A stretch of 62,933 bases of DNA, the filler included, from Globobulimina sp. (Eukaryota), in the NCBI GenBank assembly GCA_003354225.1. It is 28 parts of 28 records of this genome, joined end to end, with 100 filler letters (N's around TTAATTAATTAA, not from the genome) between each part and the next. Parts side by side here need not be neighbours in the genome. Positions count along the whole stretch, not along the records: positions 45,034 to 47,183 come from PIVH01008614.1; positions 47,284 to 49,433 come from PIVH01008615.1; positions 49,534 to 51,683 come from PIVH01008616.1; positions 51,784 to 53,933 come from PIVH01008617.1; positions 54,034 to 56,183 come from PIVH01008618.1; positions 56,284 to 58,433 come from PIVH01008619.1; positions 58,534 to 60,683 come from PIVH01008620.1; positions 60,784 to 62,933 come from PIVH01008621.1; 20 more parts are not named here. One strand, 5' to 3'. The position numbers and the translations under genes were made by a program. Shown piece by piece: positions 46,300 through 61,418 of the stretch; the stretch's first letter is position 1, and every line of letters starts with the position of its first letter. Below the pieces are notes generated by a model, which was not told the DNA's origin, did not search any database, and saw only the letters and a list, made by a program, of their open reading frames with translations.

Positions 46300-47183
46300 A
46301 TGGCAACCGAGCAGGAAGCAATTTTATGTATGGCGTCCTTTATTTTTATAGTAGTTATAATTGCAACAATCATATGTCTTATGTCATTTTATGAATTATG
46401 CGTCAAAGATTCATCTGAATGGATTAATAAAATGTACAGAAATCTGACACTCATTGCAATGGTATCATACACATTATGTAGTATTGGTGATGGTGTCCAA
46501 GTGTTGGTTTTTTATTCAAAGTTATTTGATGTTTCACATGAAACGGAAAAATTGGGAATCATGGTAATAGCAAAAAATGTAGTTTATTTTTTTGGTAATA
46601 GTGTGTTTTACGTATTAATATTATTCAGAGTGTCTGAACCGTTTCAATTAAATAAATTTATTTATTATGTCATAGTATTCCTTATATCCATTGCTGCATT
46701 AGCTTCTATATTTTTCTGCATCTCAGTATATTGTTATTACTATGGCAACTTTATTGGCAATGACCTTGATGATTTAACATGGGCAACAGTATTAACATTA
46801 TCCATTGACGATTTTCTATTAAATTCTGTTTTATTATTCATATTTGTAAAAAAAATGAGAAATTTGGTAAGGAATATCGACCCAACACTATCAAATTCAG
46901 CAGCTCAAACTAATACCAATATGATCACAAATACAACCATCAAACATTGTCTATTATTTAGTATTGCCACTATCATGAATCAAGCATTTGTGTTATCAGA
47001 GACTTTGCTAGAATCCGTACCAACAAACTTGAATATACATCAAAGAAACGGAGTTGTGTATTCTTTTCGTGCACTTGAAAATATAACAAATGTATTAGTA
47101 TTATGGTTAATTCTCCGAGTTAGTTATTCGAAATATATATTCCTTTGCAAATATTGTCATTTATGTGTGGCAAAATGTTGTAT
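46300..47183 (+). CDS. Seven-TM (GPCR-like) membrane protein
   Basis: About seven hydrophobic helices and a Cys-rich tail 'CKYCHLCVAKCC'. Confidence 0.65.
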
Positions 47184-47283
47184 NNNNNNNNNNNNNNNNN
47201 NNNNNNNNNNNNNNNNNNNNNNNNNNNTTAATTAATTAANNNNNNNNNNNNNNNNNNNNNNNNNNNNNNNNNNNNNNNNNNNN

Positions 47284-49433
47284 TAATAGATGCAGTCGGA
47301 TAATTACGTTCGATCAAAGTCACCAGGCTCGGTTTTATGCGTCGACGGGAATTTAATACATCGCAACAAATATTAATGCGTTGGTAAAATAAATCCATTA
47401 ACTTCGCTAAGACCAATTCTTCCGCTTTGCAATAGGTCCGAATTTCCTCTTTTTTCTCTGGTTTGTTTTGCTCATTTTCTGATTGTTTTTGTTTGCGAAT
47501 AAACCTCAATTTGGTGGAACTATCACGATATAATTGATTGACTAAATAGCTTAAAGCGTGTACTAATCCACGTTGTATTTTATCTAATATCATATTGTCA
47601 TCATTCTCTGCTAAATTGTTTATAATTTGGCTTTGTTTTTCATCCTCATTCCATTTAAATGTTGCTTCAAATGATGAATCTGTGTTGATTTTATACTCAA
47701 ATATATATTGAATATGATCAGATATAATCTCAATGATATTATATTTATGTATTAACTCATATTCATTCTCAATAAACACTGGAATTAACACATTCGTTAA
47801 TTGTGGACCAATTACAGATAATAATAAGCCGCCCTCCACGCATAAAAACGTGATTCTTTCAATTATTTTTGCAAATAAATCAGATAATTCTCTTCTGTTT
47901 TCATCAGAAACTTTATCCAAATCCAATCCCTCCAAATAATGCACTTCGTGCAATAAGGTCGCCAACGATATGGTAATTCGCGAAGCATTCAATAAAATAA
48001 TAAAACATTGCGCAGAATGATCGCATTCAAGTAACACCAATAACTTCTGCATCGCTTTAATTCTATTATCACCAACTCGCAATTTTGTAAATTTTTTTTC
48101 TTCATCTTTTTTTTCCTCAATATGACTGCTTTGTACTTTATAAATATCATAATGTTTCCGTTGATATAACGTCAATCGTACACACAAACTGGTCAATAAG
48201 CTCGATATCTTTTCAAATGGCAATTTGTGTACAAATTCAACATCATCCGCTTGAATATAATATTTTTTCGGTTTCTCCCTCATTTTATACAACAACTTCA
48301 ATATATTTAAGGCAGAAACAAACGTATTCTCTGTAAAAAAGGGATAAATAGCCAGTACGTGCAATATATGCAACCAATATAATAATCCGCCTTGTCCTAA
48401 TAACGACACTTCGATCATAGTATCAATCTCAAACCGTACTCTCTGACATGCAATCGCCTGATCCCACGCATCCAATCTATCATCGCTCATTATATCCACT
48501 GCCATCTCCAAATACTTATCATACAAATCACTAACAATCTGCTCCGAATGTTTAAATAATATATCCGTATATGACTCCATGGCCTTCAAATGTTCCGTTT
48601 TCTTGCTCGATAAACTCGAGGACAGCGTAGCTTGAAATGCTGCAATCAATGGATGTCGCGGTGGACATTTTTCATTAATATTATCCCCTTCAAATGATAT
48701 CTCATATTGTTCATTATCATCATCGCCCTCCTCTTTACCCTCTAAATATTCACTTTCGATCATGGGCTGTTTAGCGCACTTCGTACATAAATCAAATCCA
48801 TCCGGATGCTCCGTGGTATCTTTTGCTTTGGGACAATGCCAGACATTGTTTGTTATCGAATTGCCACAAAAATCGCAACTTACATTCGATCCATCATAAC
48901 ATTTCTTATAATCCATGCATTCCAATGCTTGGCCACATTTACAGCGCACCATATTACATTTTATTAACGTATCTGCATGTATTGCTTGCATTGCTTGCAT
49001 GTCTCGCATATCCCTCTCATTATCTTGACGTAGATTATTAGTGATTTGTTGGTTGATGTGGGCATTGATAGTTTGCATGACTGAGTCTAACACAATCAAC
49101 CAATCATCCAATTCATTGGACGTTATGGATTGTATTTTCTGAGAGGCAATTTGTTGCGCAAATACTTGCAATAATCCTTCTTTCAAACTCCGTCCAAAGG
49201 GCAATATCTGATCATCTTTGTTCAAAATCAGCGTATTGTCTTCAATTAATATCGATTTTAAAAGTGTTAATCGGTCATTTGGATTCTTATGAAATATATG
49301 AAGCCCACAAATTAATACTTCACCAGATTCACGACGGATATCTAATATTCTCAGACGATCGGTATTAGCCAATTCGGCATGATTTATCCCATTGAAACAA
49401 TGTCCGAACGAAGAGAACCAATGTCACAAGTGC
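47284..49433 (-). CDS. Fragment of a large helical protein with a ZZ-like zinc finger
   Basis: Frame open across most of the contig; 'CKCG...CDFCG...WHCP...HPDGFDLCTKC'. Confidence 0.7.
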
Positions 49434-50308
49434 NNNNNNNNNNNNNNNNNNNNNNNNNNNNNNNNNNNNNNNNNNNNTTAATTAATTAANNNNNNNNNNN
49501 NNNNNNNNNNNNNNNNNNNNNNNNNNNNNNNNNATTCTTAACGTTTCGGCTGTAAATATATTTAATAAAATATATTTATATTAAGTGTTAAGTATATTTT
49601 TTTTTTTTTTTTTTTTGTTACAAAAATTAACACAAATTTGAAAAAATTGCTTTGATTGTTTTGTAAAGACAATTGATTTAAATTTTGGTTATTTTTAATT
49701 GTTTTCTTACCATTACCATTACCATTGCCGTTACCATTTAATGTTTTTGATTGTTATAAGTTTAGCACCTTACTTTGTTTAATTGTAAACGATGACTTTT
49801 TTTTTTGTTTGTTTTTTTTTCTGTGAAAACCTTTCAAGAGGATGTATAATTTAATTTTATTATTCAACTCCATCTTGCTGAGTCGAGTCGACTCGACTCG
49901 TTGACAGCTCTGGTTGGTTTTGTCTTGCAATGACAACACAGGAGGCTGAGTTGATGCAACGACGTCAAAATCAACGACTAATATAGACAGTCTTCTAATG
50001 AGAAACTGAAAGAGCATCCGGTTTTCAGCGTCATATTTTTATTGGACAACAGTCGAAGCAAACCGTTTCTGGTGAGTGACAAAGGTAAAAATCTGACGCT
50101 GGAAACCGGATGCTCTTTTGTGTGTAGTTTTTTTGAGAGGCAAAACATGGGGTACCCAAAAAATTTTTAATACGCAATGAAACCATCTCTGCTAACATTT
50201 TATTTTTAATATTTTTCCACTCATCGCCGGCCTCACAGATAGATAAGATGTTAAATTGTGAATCCAAAAACTTTTTTGCTTCCATCTACAAAAACACACG
50301 ATATCACC

Positions 50309-51683
<1,375 letters not shown>

Positions 51684-51787
51684 NNNNNNNNNNNNNNNNN
51701 NNNNNNNNNNNNNNNNNNNNNNNNNNNTTAATTAATTAANNNNNNNNNNNNNNNNNNNNNNNNNNNNNNNNNNNNNNNNNNNNATAC

Positions 51788-52080
51788 CATGACAACCTTA
51801 ACTTCATAAAATCTGCTGTCAACGAAACTGATCGAAGCTGTTTGTAGAGCTGTGTATATTACTCAAAACAACAAAATATATTATTTAACTCGCATAACAA
51901 ACAAAATAGAAACTGGTGATCAACTTTTCAAAAAAGCGAAAATTTGTCAATTTCTAACTTTGCCAATTCGAAGAATTGAAGTCTTTCCTTTTAGAATCTA
52001 TCTGATGAATACAATACAGACACAACACAACAACTCAAAAAGCAAGCAAAATGACGAAAGAGTTAGTGTGGTGATCCCTA
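51788..52080 (-). mobile_element. hAT-like element end, copy 2 of a dispersed repeat
   Basis: Colinear match to 31618-31910; similarity stops exactly after ATCCCTA in both copies. Confidence 0.8.
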
Positions 52081-52209
52081 TTTAAGTGATCACAAACGGT
52101 TTGAGATTAGCAAGAATACTAAAATATTTTAGTATTCTTGAGATTAGCGTCAACTTCAGGTTACATCCTTGCGACTTAAAAATGGATAGACAAATCGATC
52201 AAAGAGGAG

Positions 52210-53933
52210 TTGAAACGCCAAATACAAATATATGTAAACATAGAACGCGTTGTAACTGCGTTTGTTAATGGTGATAACAATAAAAATATCAAACTCTTCC
52301 GTAAAAGTTTAACAAATTCAAAAACAAACAGCACATGGACAAAAGCGTGGGATTTTATAAATATAAAATATCATAAAGACGTGAGAAAACATAACGATTT
52401 GCTTTGTACAGCATGTAGAGACTGGACAAGCAGAGAATTTAAGAGAGTACGGAGCGGGAAAAACAGAAAAATAGGAAGGAAAAAAGGAAGTCGCAACAAA
52501 CGCAAAATAAGTGCTATTATTGATACAATTCCATTCAGTCACATCCCAAGCATTCAACCTATAGCTACTCCGTATAATAATTATAATTTCCCTACATTTA
52601 CAATACCAAAACCACTTTATTCCCCACGCAATAATAATATCTCCGACACATCAAATTTTATCAATAATAATAATGTGCACAATAACTATAATATCCCATC
52701 AATTACAATACCAAATATTCAACTTCCAAATGTTGGAGCATCTCCATTTAAAAAACAACGAATTTCGTGTTATAATAATAATATCATTCCATTGCTTTAT
52801 ACTGAAAATACATCACAAAGTACATCAATGAACCAATCCCATTATGTCAATATTTGTCCGCAGCCAACAAACGTTTTTTCATCACATATTAATCAATCAA
52901 TGGGCCCCATTGACTCAGTTTTGATTCAGAACAATGGAGCAATAAATGAACAAAAGGAAAATAATAAGCTCGCGGAGGAAAACACGGCACATAAACATAT
53001 GATAAATTATTTGCAGAAACAACTCAAAGAAACAATGATTGCAAGAAACAAATTGCAAATAATTTCATCCGCGTTGCAGTCACAAATGATTAAAGGGCAC
53101 GAACCGCGGAGACAATTCATAGTTTCTGCAAAATGCAATGATGGCATAGAGAGAACTGACACTGTCAAACAATGGAAAAAGGAGTTACACGATTTGTATG
53201 AAAATAGATTGGTATCAGAGCATAATGAACCAGTCTCGAAATCGGTGCAGAAGAAAATTGAAAAGTATTTGAAGATAAATGTGAATGATACGGCATACAC
53301 CGATCCAATGGTAACAGCTAAATTAAAATTGGATGATATGGCTGAAAGAGTTACCATTAAACTGCCTCATCGCTGTGCTGCATTGGAAGGGCAATATGGA
53401 GTTTGTGCTAAAATGGATATTCCGAAAAAGACAATTTTAGCGCGGTATGTTGGCTTTGAAATGACAAATAAAGAATGGAATAATTGCTTTGATTATTCAA
53501 ATTGCGATGGACTGCACGGACAATATTTATATACATTTAATCTGAATGTCGACTCACAAGATATTGATGATAGAAAAGTGACAATTGATCCCATTGAAGG
53601 TGGCAAGCGGCAGTTATTAGCTTTGTATATAAATGATTGCAGAAAGGATATATTTACCGATGAGTTGACGGAAAATGATCTCCAACATCAAAATTGTAAA
53701 TTTCTGGTGGTCAAAATTAACGGATGGCCGACTGTCTTTGTTCAAACCATAAAGAAAATTAAAAAAAAAGAGGAATTATTGTTAGATTATGGTAAAGATT
53801 TTTGGTATTGCATTAAAGAAAATAATCGATGGAATAAAATCATTGAAAAAGTAAAGAAAGTGTCAGAAGAGAATATTATTCAAAGCAGCGCAATTCATAA
53901 CATTTATAATGGCGTTGAATGTCACGATTTGAC
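52210..53933 (+). CDS. SET-domain protein (C-terminal SET)
   Basis: 'GQYGVCAKMDIPKKTILARYVG', 'LYINDCR', 'EELLLDYGKDFW'. The start codon is uncertain. Confidence 0.85.
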
Positions 53934-55190
53934 NNNNNNNNNNNNNNNNNNNNNNNNNNNNNNNNNNNNNNNNNNNNTTAATTAATTAANNNNNNNNNNN
54001 NNNNNNNNNNNNNNNNNNNNNNNNNNNNNNNNNTGGTGGATCTACATTTGATACGACGACAAGTGTTGATTTTAGCAGTCATAATACTAATAACAATACT
54101 ATGATTATTTTAGATATAACGAAACCGATTGCAAAGAGTGCGTTGGTTTTTCCATATAACAACCCAGAACTGCCAGAAAATAAAATTATTCGAAGCCCCT
54201 CAAATCCATTGCTCGATGCTAACACAATTTATATTTATAATTCTTTAAAGATTCCTACGCCTGTTTTGGAGTTAATTATCTTTTTTTGTTTTGATACTCT
54301 GACAATTGCAATTATATTAATACTGTATGCACTATGCAGGACTACTAACTCTGTTCCTATTATACAATTAACATTTATCAGTTCAAAATACACAAAGTAA
54401 AATGATACAGTGCAAAATGAGAAGAAAAAAATTATTACTTATTGATAGAACATCAGCAGTGAGTAAGGATTTATTTATTGCACAAGGATTTTATGACAAA
54501 AAAAGTGTCACCACTATATCTCAAAGGAGTGTTAAATTCTAAATGTTCTGAAATAATATTTTTTATAATCTAAATGCTGTTCCAATCGTGTACGTTATTG
54601 TATTTTAATTTGTGTGTTTAGATTTTTGTTTTCCTGTTGAGTCTAAAATGTAAATATTATTCCCCTCTTTTTCAATTTTTTTTCTTTTTGTGTGCCAATT
54701 AGATGTGGCTTAATATTTTTGTTTTGTGTTTATCGTTTGACTTATTATTTTTGTTTGAGTTTTTAAAACTTTTCTTGGAAAATGTTGCAACACAAGAAGA
54801 GCATGTCAGTTACAAATTGTTTCATAATACTAATCAACATACTGCTATTATCTAGAATCATACAATCCAATCGCCACAGCCATGAAGACTCAAGAACTGA
54901 ATGTTAAGTGCATCGAAATTAATATTAAATCCAAAATGACGTACACAATAAAAACAAAAATATATATATATTCTGGTAGCTGCAAGTGATCCATTTGCGT
55001 ATTTGAGACCAGTTGATGTGTCAATGACATCTTCTTCTTCTTCTTCTCCATCAACAGGTATTTCCATTGCTTATCGTCTCTTCGATCGATGGCGGAATAA
55101 CGAGTTCACAAATTAACACATAAAATACAAATGCGCTACAAATAAAAATATAATTTTGCAGAGCCAACATCATATCCAACAACCGTCCAA

Positions 55191-56183
55191 ATGTCAGACA
55201 GCATTCCCACATTAATCGATAATATCTTTACTGATGATTTCCTATGCAACCAATCCGAAGGATGGTCAAATTGTGCTTTAGTTAACAATAAATATCATGG
55301 ACCATTGCACTCCTTACATAACAATCAACTTTCACGCAAATTCCAATGTGCAACACCCACAGCCACAGCCACAGCCATCGTAGAGATATCCTTTTCGATT
55401 GCATTTGATTGTAACAATGCGTTTTCTGATGAAATACAATTGTTTATCAACAACAAATTAACTGCACATTTCAATCCATTTCCAATCGATGATATCATAA
55501 CTGATGAATCGTTGTTGTACATCTCTTCAAATTGCAATCAATGGTTTACTCGGCATATTACACATTCATTTATCAACACAGACACTCATCAATCATTTAT
55601 AATAAATCTTATAAGTTTGCTCAAGTCAAACATTGAAAACATTGTCATTTATGATGTTCAAATCGAATGTGTTAATGTTCAAATATCGCCATCGCCAATA
55701 TTTGACCATGAGGATAGGTTTTATATTTCAATCAATGATGAATTAAATTGCGAGAGATACCTGGCGGGAAACGGAATAATTTCAAATATAACCACCATTC
55801 GACATAAATTTATTGTTTTTCGCATCGCAGTGCAAAGTGATAGTGATAGTACGCTGGATATTTACTCGAATTATGGGATTTGGAGCTTTTATTTTTCCGC
55901 AGCAGATAAATGCATACATTTTGGGTCAGAGACTTATCCGTTGCCGTTGCAATTGGTTGATTCTGTGCCATATGAAATATTCTGGATTTCGTGGCTGAAT
56001 GGAAATGTGATGATTGGTATGGGAGATATGGTGAATAACATACATGATGTCATCATTATGTATCATCCAATCAATTCCATTGACGGTCTACAATTCAAAT
56101 ATGTGCAATATAATGGCCTAAATTGGATATTTTATGATTATCCTTTTGAAAATTCCAATTTCTGCAACTTCGATATAATTAAT
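55191..56183 (+). CDS. Hypothetical beta-rich protein with a farnesoic-acid-O-methyltransferase-like domain, partial
   Basis: 'YEIFWISWLNGNVMIGMG' resembles the FWISW..G.I.VG motif. Confidence 0.45.
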
Positions 56184-56283
56184 NNNNNNNNNNNNNNNNN
56201 NNNNNNNNNNNNNNNNNNNNNNNNNNNTTAATTAATTAANNNNNNNNNNNNNNNNNNNNNNNNNNNNNNNNNNNNNNNNNNNN

Positions 56284-57219
56284 GCGCTTGGATCTGTGCT
56301 TGGGCCAAATGTTGGACCCTCTGTAGGGTCATCACTTGGCTGCTTTGTAGGGCTCAGCGTTGCCTGAGTTGGGTCATTCGTTGGATCCAAAGTGTCCCAA
56401 CAAGCACTACCTAAAAAGTCATCCATTGTTCCTGATGCTGTCGCCGAGCCTGAATCACAAGTAATGGTCACACTGCTCATCGAATTGGATGTAATTATAA
56501 CATCATTCGGTATGCCATTCACTGTTTTAAATGTGCCAGAAACCACAGTATCAACATCGATAAAACAAGTTGGCTGCGGTTCATATATACTGTTCTCCGG
56601 ACATTGTACAACATTTCCAGCGTCGCCGGACCATATTCCTGAGCCTGTTATTTCTAATCGATATGCTGTGCGAGCGTCTATATCCACTTGGCGACAGTCC
56701 TCAGAACCGGTACTACCGCGCGCACATTCGATATGGATTAATTCCGTATTGGTGCCTGCGACGATGTCAATTCTTTTGAATAGTTTTTCGTCCACAGTGG
56801 CGGCTGCAGGGTCCGGCAGAAAATACGCAGAGCCGTAGTTTGGTGCTGTGACAGTGACGTCGCGGTAACATTGAGAGCTGGAGGAGTATATATACAATGT
56901 GTTGCTGTTGGAGGCATCAATGGTTGCTTTGTCTAAACAAGTATCGATGGTACAGTGGACAATGCAGGTTCCTGCGTTGAGACAGTCAAAATCTTTGCCG
57001 TTGGACTTGGTGTCATCGCAAGTCATTGTACAAGTGTCGGAGGGTCCCGCTCCGGTACACGATGTTTTTTTATCTGTGAGGAAGGACACGTCGCCGGATC
57101 TGCCTGTGATGATATTGGCATTTGTTGATTGTGTACGTGAGTATAATGGGTAGGTTTAGCATACATTTGGGAACGAACACGGACAGCGCAAGTAGCAGTG
57201 CCTTGGATGAAGACACCAT
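56284..57219 (-). CDS. Secreted Cys-rich surface protein with PT/mucin-like stalk, 3'-partial
   Basis: Signal MVSSSKALLLALSVFVPK, short in-frame intron, Cys-rich region, 'DPTNDPTQATLSPTKQPSDDPTEGPT'. Confidence 0.75.
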
Positions 57220-57265
57220 CGCTTTAGGTTTTATAGACTGAAGTTTTTTATTATGTTAATTATAA

Positions 57266-58433
57266 TTAATCGCAAACTCTGCTCCCATTTGGATAAAATG
57301 CAGTTTGCCAAGAATAGGGAAGATATGAATCATCATTCAACACAATTTTGCCATTCGAATATGCTGTCGCAGCATACCATTCTCTCGCATATAACGTCAC
57401 AAAAAATCCATTTTGCAAAAACAACATTATCCATAAAGAGACATTCCAAACTCCACTCTTTGAGGTTCCCACATTATTAATCTCACTTTGCTCAGTATCC
57501 AATGCATTCGGTTCAAGGTAATATCGCAACGACGTCGAATCCGTAAACGGCACACTATAAAATAATACGCCATAAATAATGCACGAAACCAACAAAACTG
57601 GATAGAAACAACCAGACACTGCAAAAAATACATATTCCTGAATAGCTGCCCATAGCCAAAACGTAAATAAGTCAGCAATGGATTTGGAATATCCAGCTTC
57701 CAGCATCGGTAAAAAGAAATAGTTATATGACCAATTGAAAACCACTAAGTTCCATTTCTTCGAATAGGATGCAAATGACTTCGCATTCCACCAATCTTCA
57801 TAAAAAACGCGGTCACAATAACCAGTTAACTCAGACCATGTATTCAGCCAACAATGGATCACTCCCAAAAAACACATAACCACCAACAACATGCCAGGTA
57901 TCGCCGAACTAAATACCAACGATAGAAACGCTGAAAAGGTAAAAGGTTCATACGGCGTATTGACAAAGGATGGACATATAAACACATAAAAGACCACAAA
58001 TACAAATAATAAGCAGCCGCCCATATTGACCAACTGATGGAAGATGTTCGTCCAATTTATTTTGTAGTCAATATCGCCATTCACATTCTTTTTAACCGTG
58101 GGATACGACCATCGATACACCAATGATGGGCAGAACAAGAAACTCAAAAATGACTGCACGTGTTGGTGATATGGATAATGTGCGATTTCGACCACTATGG
58201 GCACATTGGAATAGCTTTCGCGCTGCGTCGGAATGGGCGAATATGATTTTGGTGTCATCCAACCTGAAACCGTAAGCGCGTTATTATACAATTTAAAAAT
58301 TATAAAAGTACATTACCTGAAACAGAAAATGAGTCATCGACTCCAGGATGTTGCGGGAGTGCCATTGCTTTGATTTGCGAGACTTCCATACATTGATTCC
58401 ATGCGTCAATCCAATCCTGTTCTAAATATTTAT
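57266..58433 (-). CDS. ACAT/SOAT-like MBOAT acyltransferase homolog, 5'-partial
   Basis: 'FLFCPSLVYRWSYP', 'HCWLNTWSELTGYCDRVFYEDWWN', 'KWNLVV', 'GCFYPVL', 'LYAREWYA'. Confidence 0.88.
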
Positions 58434-58533
58434 NNNNNNNNNNNNNNNNNNNNNNNNNNNNNNNNNNNNNNNNNNNNTTAATTAATTAANNNNNNNNNNN
58501 NNNNNNNNNNNNNNNNNNNNNNNNNNNNNNNNN

Positions 58534-59299
58534 TCTCAATTTTAAGTATTCGTGCTTTAGGAGAAACAAATTTTAATCCAGTTTAGTTTTATTTATATAT
58601 TGTTTTTATATGTAAATTTATATTTTTCTGTAGGTCTCTGGAGTGGGTAAAGTATCACAGATTGCATTTAGTTTCATATCACCCGGTAATATCATCGGTA
58701 ATTTATGTGCTGGCGGAATGAGTGAAGCAGCCTCTGCTCAAAGTGGTGATATGTTACAATCCTTTAAAACTGGTTATTTGTTAAATGCGTCACCGAAATT
58801 ACAATTTTATGGAGCATTAATTGGCACAATTTGTAGTGTTGTATTTTCAGTCTTTGCATATTTTGTATTCATTACAGCTTACCCTGATATGCCCAATGCA
58901 ACATTTGAAGTCCCAGCAGCTGAGCTATGGCTCAATATGGCAAAATTGCTGAATGGTGGTGAATTGGCACAAAATGTAAAACCTTTCTGTATTGCAGGTG
59001 CTATTATTGGTGCTGTTTTATCATTATTACATGATATTATATTTACTGGAAAATATAAATATATGAATAGTTATACGCCGAGTGGAGTAGCATTAGCTAT
59101 CGGATTATATATAACACCAAAATATGTGATACCGAGAGTTATTGGAAGTATAATTCAATATGTTTGGTACAGAAAAAACAAAGCAAATTGTGATAAATAT
59201 CTGATTATTGTTGCAAGTGGATTTGTTTTAGGAGAAGGAGTATTCAGTATATTGAATGCCACAATGAAATCACTAAATGTCCCTTGTTGTTTTGTTTAA
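58534..59299 (+). CDS. OPT/YSL oligopeptide transporter C-terminus, 5'-partial
   Basis: 'ALGETNFNP|VSGVGKVSQ' (intron 58581-58633), 'GDMLQSFKTGYLL', 'VASGFVLGEG'. Confidence 0.9.
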
Positions 59300-59674
59300 T
59301 TCTTTGAACGTTGTATGTATTCTGCAGTTATAAATAACACGTTTGTATGTATTCAGAGACCCATATTTTCAGTATACAATACCCAAACCACATTCAGTGA
59401 GTATACAATAGAAAATCAGGTTTATGAACAGTCAGATCTGTCGTCAAGGATAGTTCGATAATGCAGCACGGTTAAACCTAAGTCTCTGGGTATGGATCGC
59501 AAGGAATACAGATTGAAGTTTAATACAGGTTCAATTTTTCTTATATGTAAATGTACAGAGGAGAACAAAACGTTTTTTTTTTGTTGTTTTGTATTGGAAA
59601 ATTGAACTTGCCCTTATTTTGCCTCTTAAATGTTTTATTAAATTAGTGCAAGGATTGTGTTTTGATTTGTCAGT

Positions 59675-60613
59675 TTATCTATTTATAAATCCCCGATGTT
59701 GCATTAACTCAAAGGAATGCTGTTTGATTGCATTTTTCATGATTTGATGAATATCTTTACATCCTTTTTGACAAATTTGTAATAACTTTCCCATTTTGTC
59801 AATATCAATGATACTTTGCATTTGCATCGTAATTATTTTATTCGAGACTGGCATAATTACCAAAGTCAACTGTCCCGAACAATATGCCTCCTGTTCATCC
59901 TCTTGCTTTTCCCTCTCCTTTTCCTCCATATCCGCATCATTCGTATTAAGTTCTTGCTCTTCTTCCAATTCTTTTAATTTTCGTATTTGTTTACTTGGTT
60001 TCGCCACAGATTTCGTCCGAAACGCTTTGCGCGATTTGAATGATTTCATTTTGTAATTTTGTGTGCCAGTTTTTTCAAAATAATTTAAATCCAATAACGG
60101 CATTGTACTGCCATCGATATATCCCGCTGAGCATGACACGCCGTATTCATTTAAAGCAATACCACTGTCAATCAGAGCCAATGTGGTTGCATTTATAGCT
60201 GCGGACATTTCACCGCCATCATTTTGTAATATTTCCAGAATAATCTCAATGGTACACCGCGGGTATAAATGCTTCATAATAATCGAATCAAAGGTCGATT
60301 TAATTGTATTTGATAATAAACGATCGGAGCGGTAATTACGTGATACATCGCGATGTGAGGTTGACGAGAATGAGGAGGTTACACAGCGGACAATGATGGT
60401 GGATTCGTCACGGTTTTGTCGCGAGGCCCTATTTTTTGGATGTTGTGGACCATACACAGAGGCAATTACTGATGTATTGCCAATGCTAAATAGTGCTGAA
60501 CCATTCGCATTCGATATCAATGATAATTTACACGCGATTTTACGGATTTCATATGGTCGACGTCCATCACGTCGGAATCCCATAGTTAAATGATGTGGAA
60601 AAAAATAATCCAT
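59675..60613 (-). CDS. RRP41: Exosome RNase PH subunit Rrp41
   Basis: 'RRDGRRPYEIR', 'GNTSVIASVYGP', 'LYPRCTIEI', 'LQNDGG', 'INATTLALIDSGI', 'LLDLN'. Confidence 0.9.
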   Translation of the reverse strand: MDYFFPHHLTMGFRRDGRRPYEIRKIACKLSLISNANGSALFSIGNTSVIASVYGPQHPKNRASRQNRDESTIIVRCVTSSFSSTSHRDVSRNYRSDRLLSNTIKSTFDSIIMKHLYPRCTIEIILEILQNDGGEMSAAINATTLALIDSGIALNEYGVSCSAGYIDGSTMPLLDLNYFEKTGTQNYKMKSFKSRKAFRTKSVAKPSKQIRKLKELEEEQELNTNDADMEEKEREKQEDEQEAYCSGQLTLVIMPVSNKIITMQMQSIIDIDKMGKLLQICQKGCKDIHQIMKNAIKQHSFELMQHRGFINR

Positions 60614-60783
60614 TTTTCTAAATAATTCTGCTCGTGATATATCTTACAGTGTAACTTCAGATAGAATCAAAAACTTCATTCATNNNNNNNNNNNNNNNNN
60701 NNNNNNNNNNNNNNNNNNNNNNNNNNNTTAATTAATTAANNNNNNNNNNNNNNNNNNNNNNNNNNNNNNNNNNNNNNNNNNNN

Positions 60784-61373
60784 TTTGCTTGACAATGGCC
60801 ATCTGCTACGATATCGTACAAGGCGCCGCCTTTGGTTTCGAGGATGGCGCAGAAGGCGTCGAGCTAACCATAAAAATGCTGAGTGGCGGCGTATTTGTGC
60901 TATTATCCATTGCGACCAATAGAACCACACAATTATATTATACGTTTTATCAACGCATTGGATTAATGTTCAGCATTCCATGGTACTTATTATGGTGCGA
61001 TTTTTTGAGTAATATTTTTGTTTCAATTACAATCACGTTGGTTTCATATTTGTTTTTAATTCAATCGGAAAGTTATACGGATTTGGTGTTGAATGCATTT
61101 GCATTGCAGTTTGTAGCAGAGATTGACGATATGGTGAATACCTTTGACAGCGATGAGGAAGTGGTGTTGCAGGCGGATTTGCGGGCATTTTATAACACGG
61201 ATTGTGCGGTGCCAAGGAAGATTAGTTATACGTGGAGGGAGTTTGTCGGTGTTTTATGGTCACCGTTTGGTATCTTCCTGAGTATTTGGACTGGATTTAA
61301 AGCTGTTTCAAGCGTGTTTATATCGAAGAGACATAAGTTTGCATTGGACAGGAAAAGCCGTGGTGCCCCGTAA
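60784..61373 (+). CDS. Multi-TM hypothetical protein C-terminus, 5'-partial
   Basis: Hydrophobic segments and the motif 'DLVLNAFALQFVAEIDD'. Confidence 0.65.
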
Positions 61374-61418
61374 ACTTTTTTGTTTTTAATTTTTTGTAAT
61401 TGTAAATAATTATGATGT

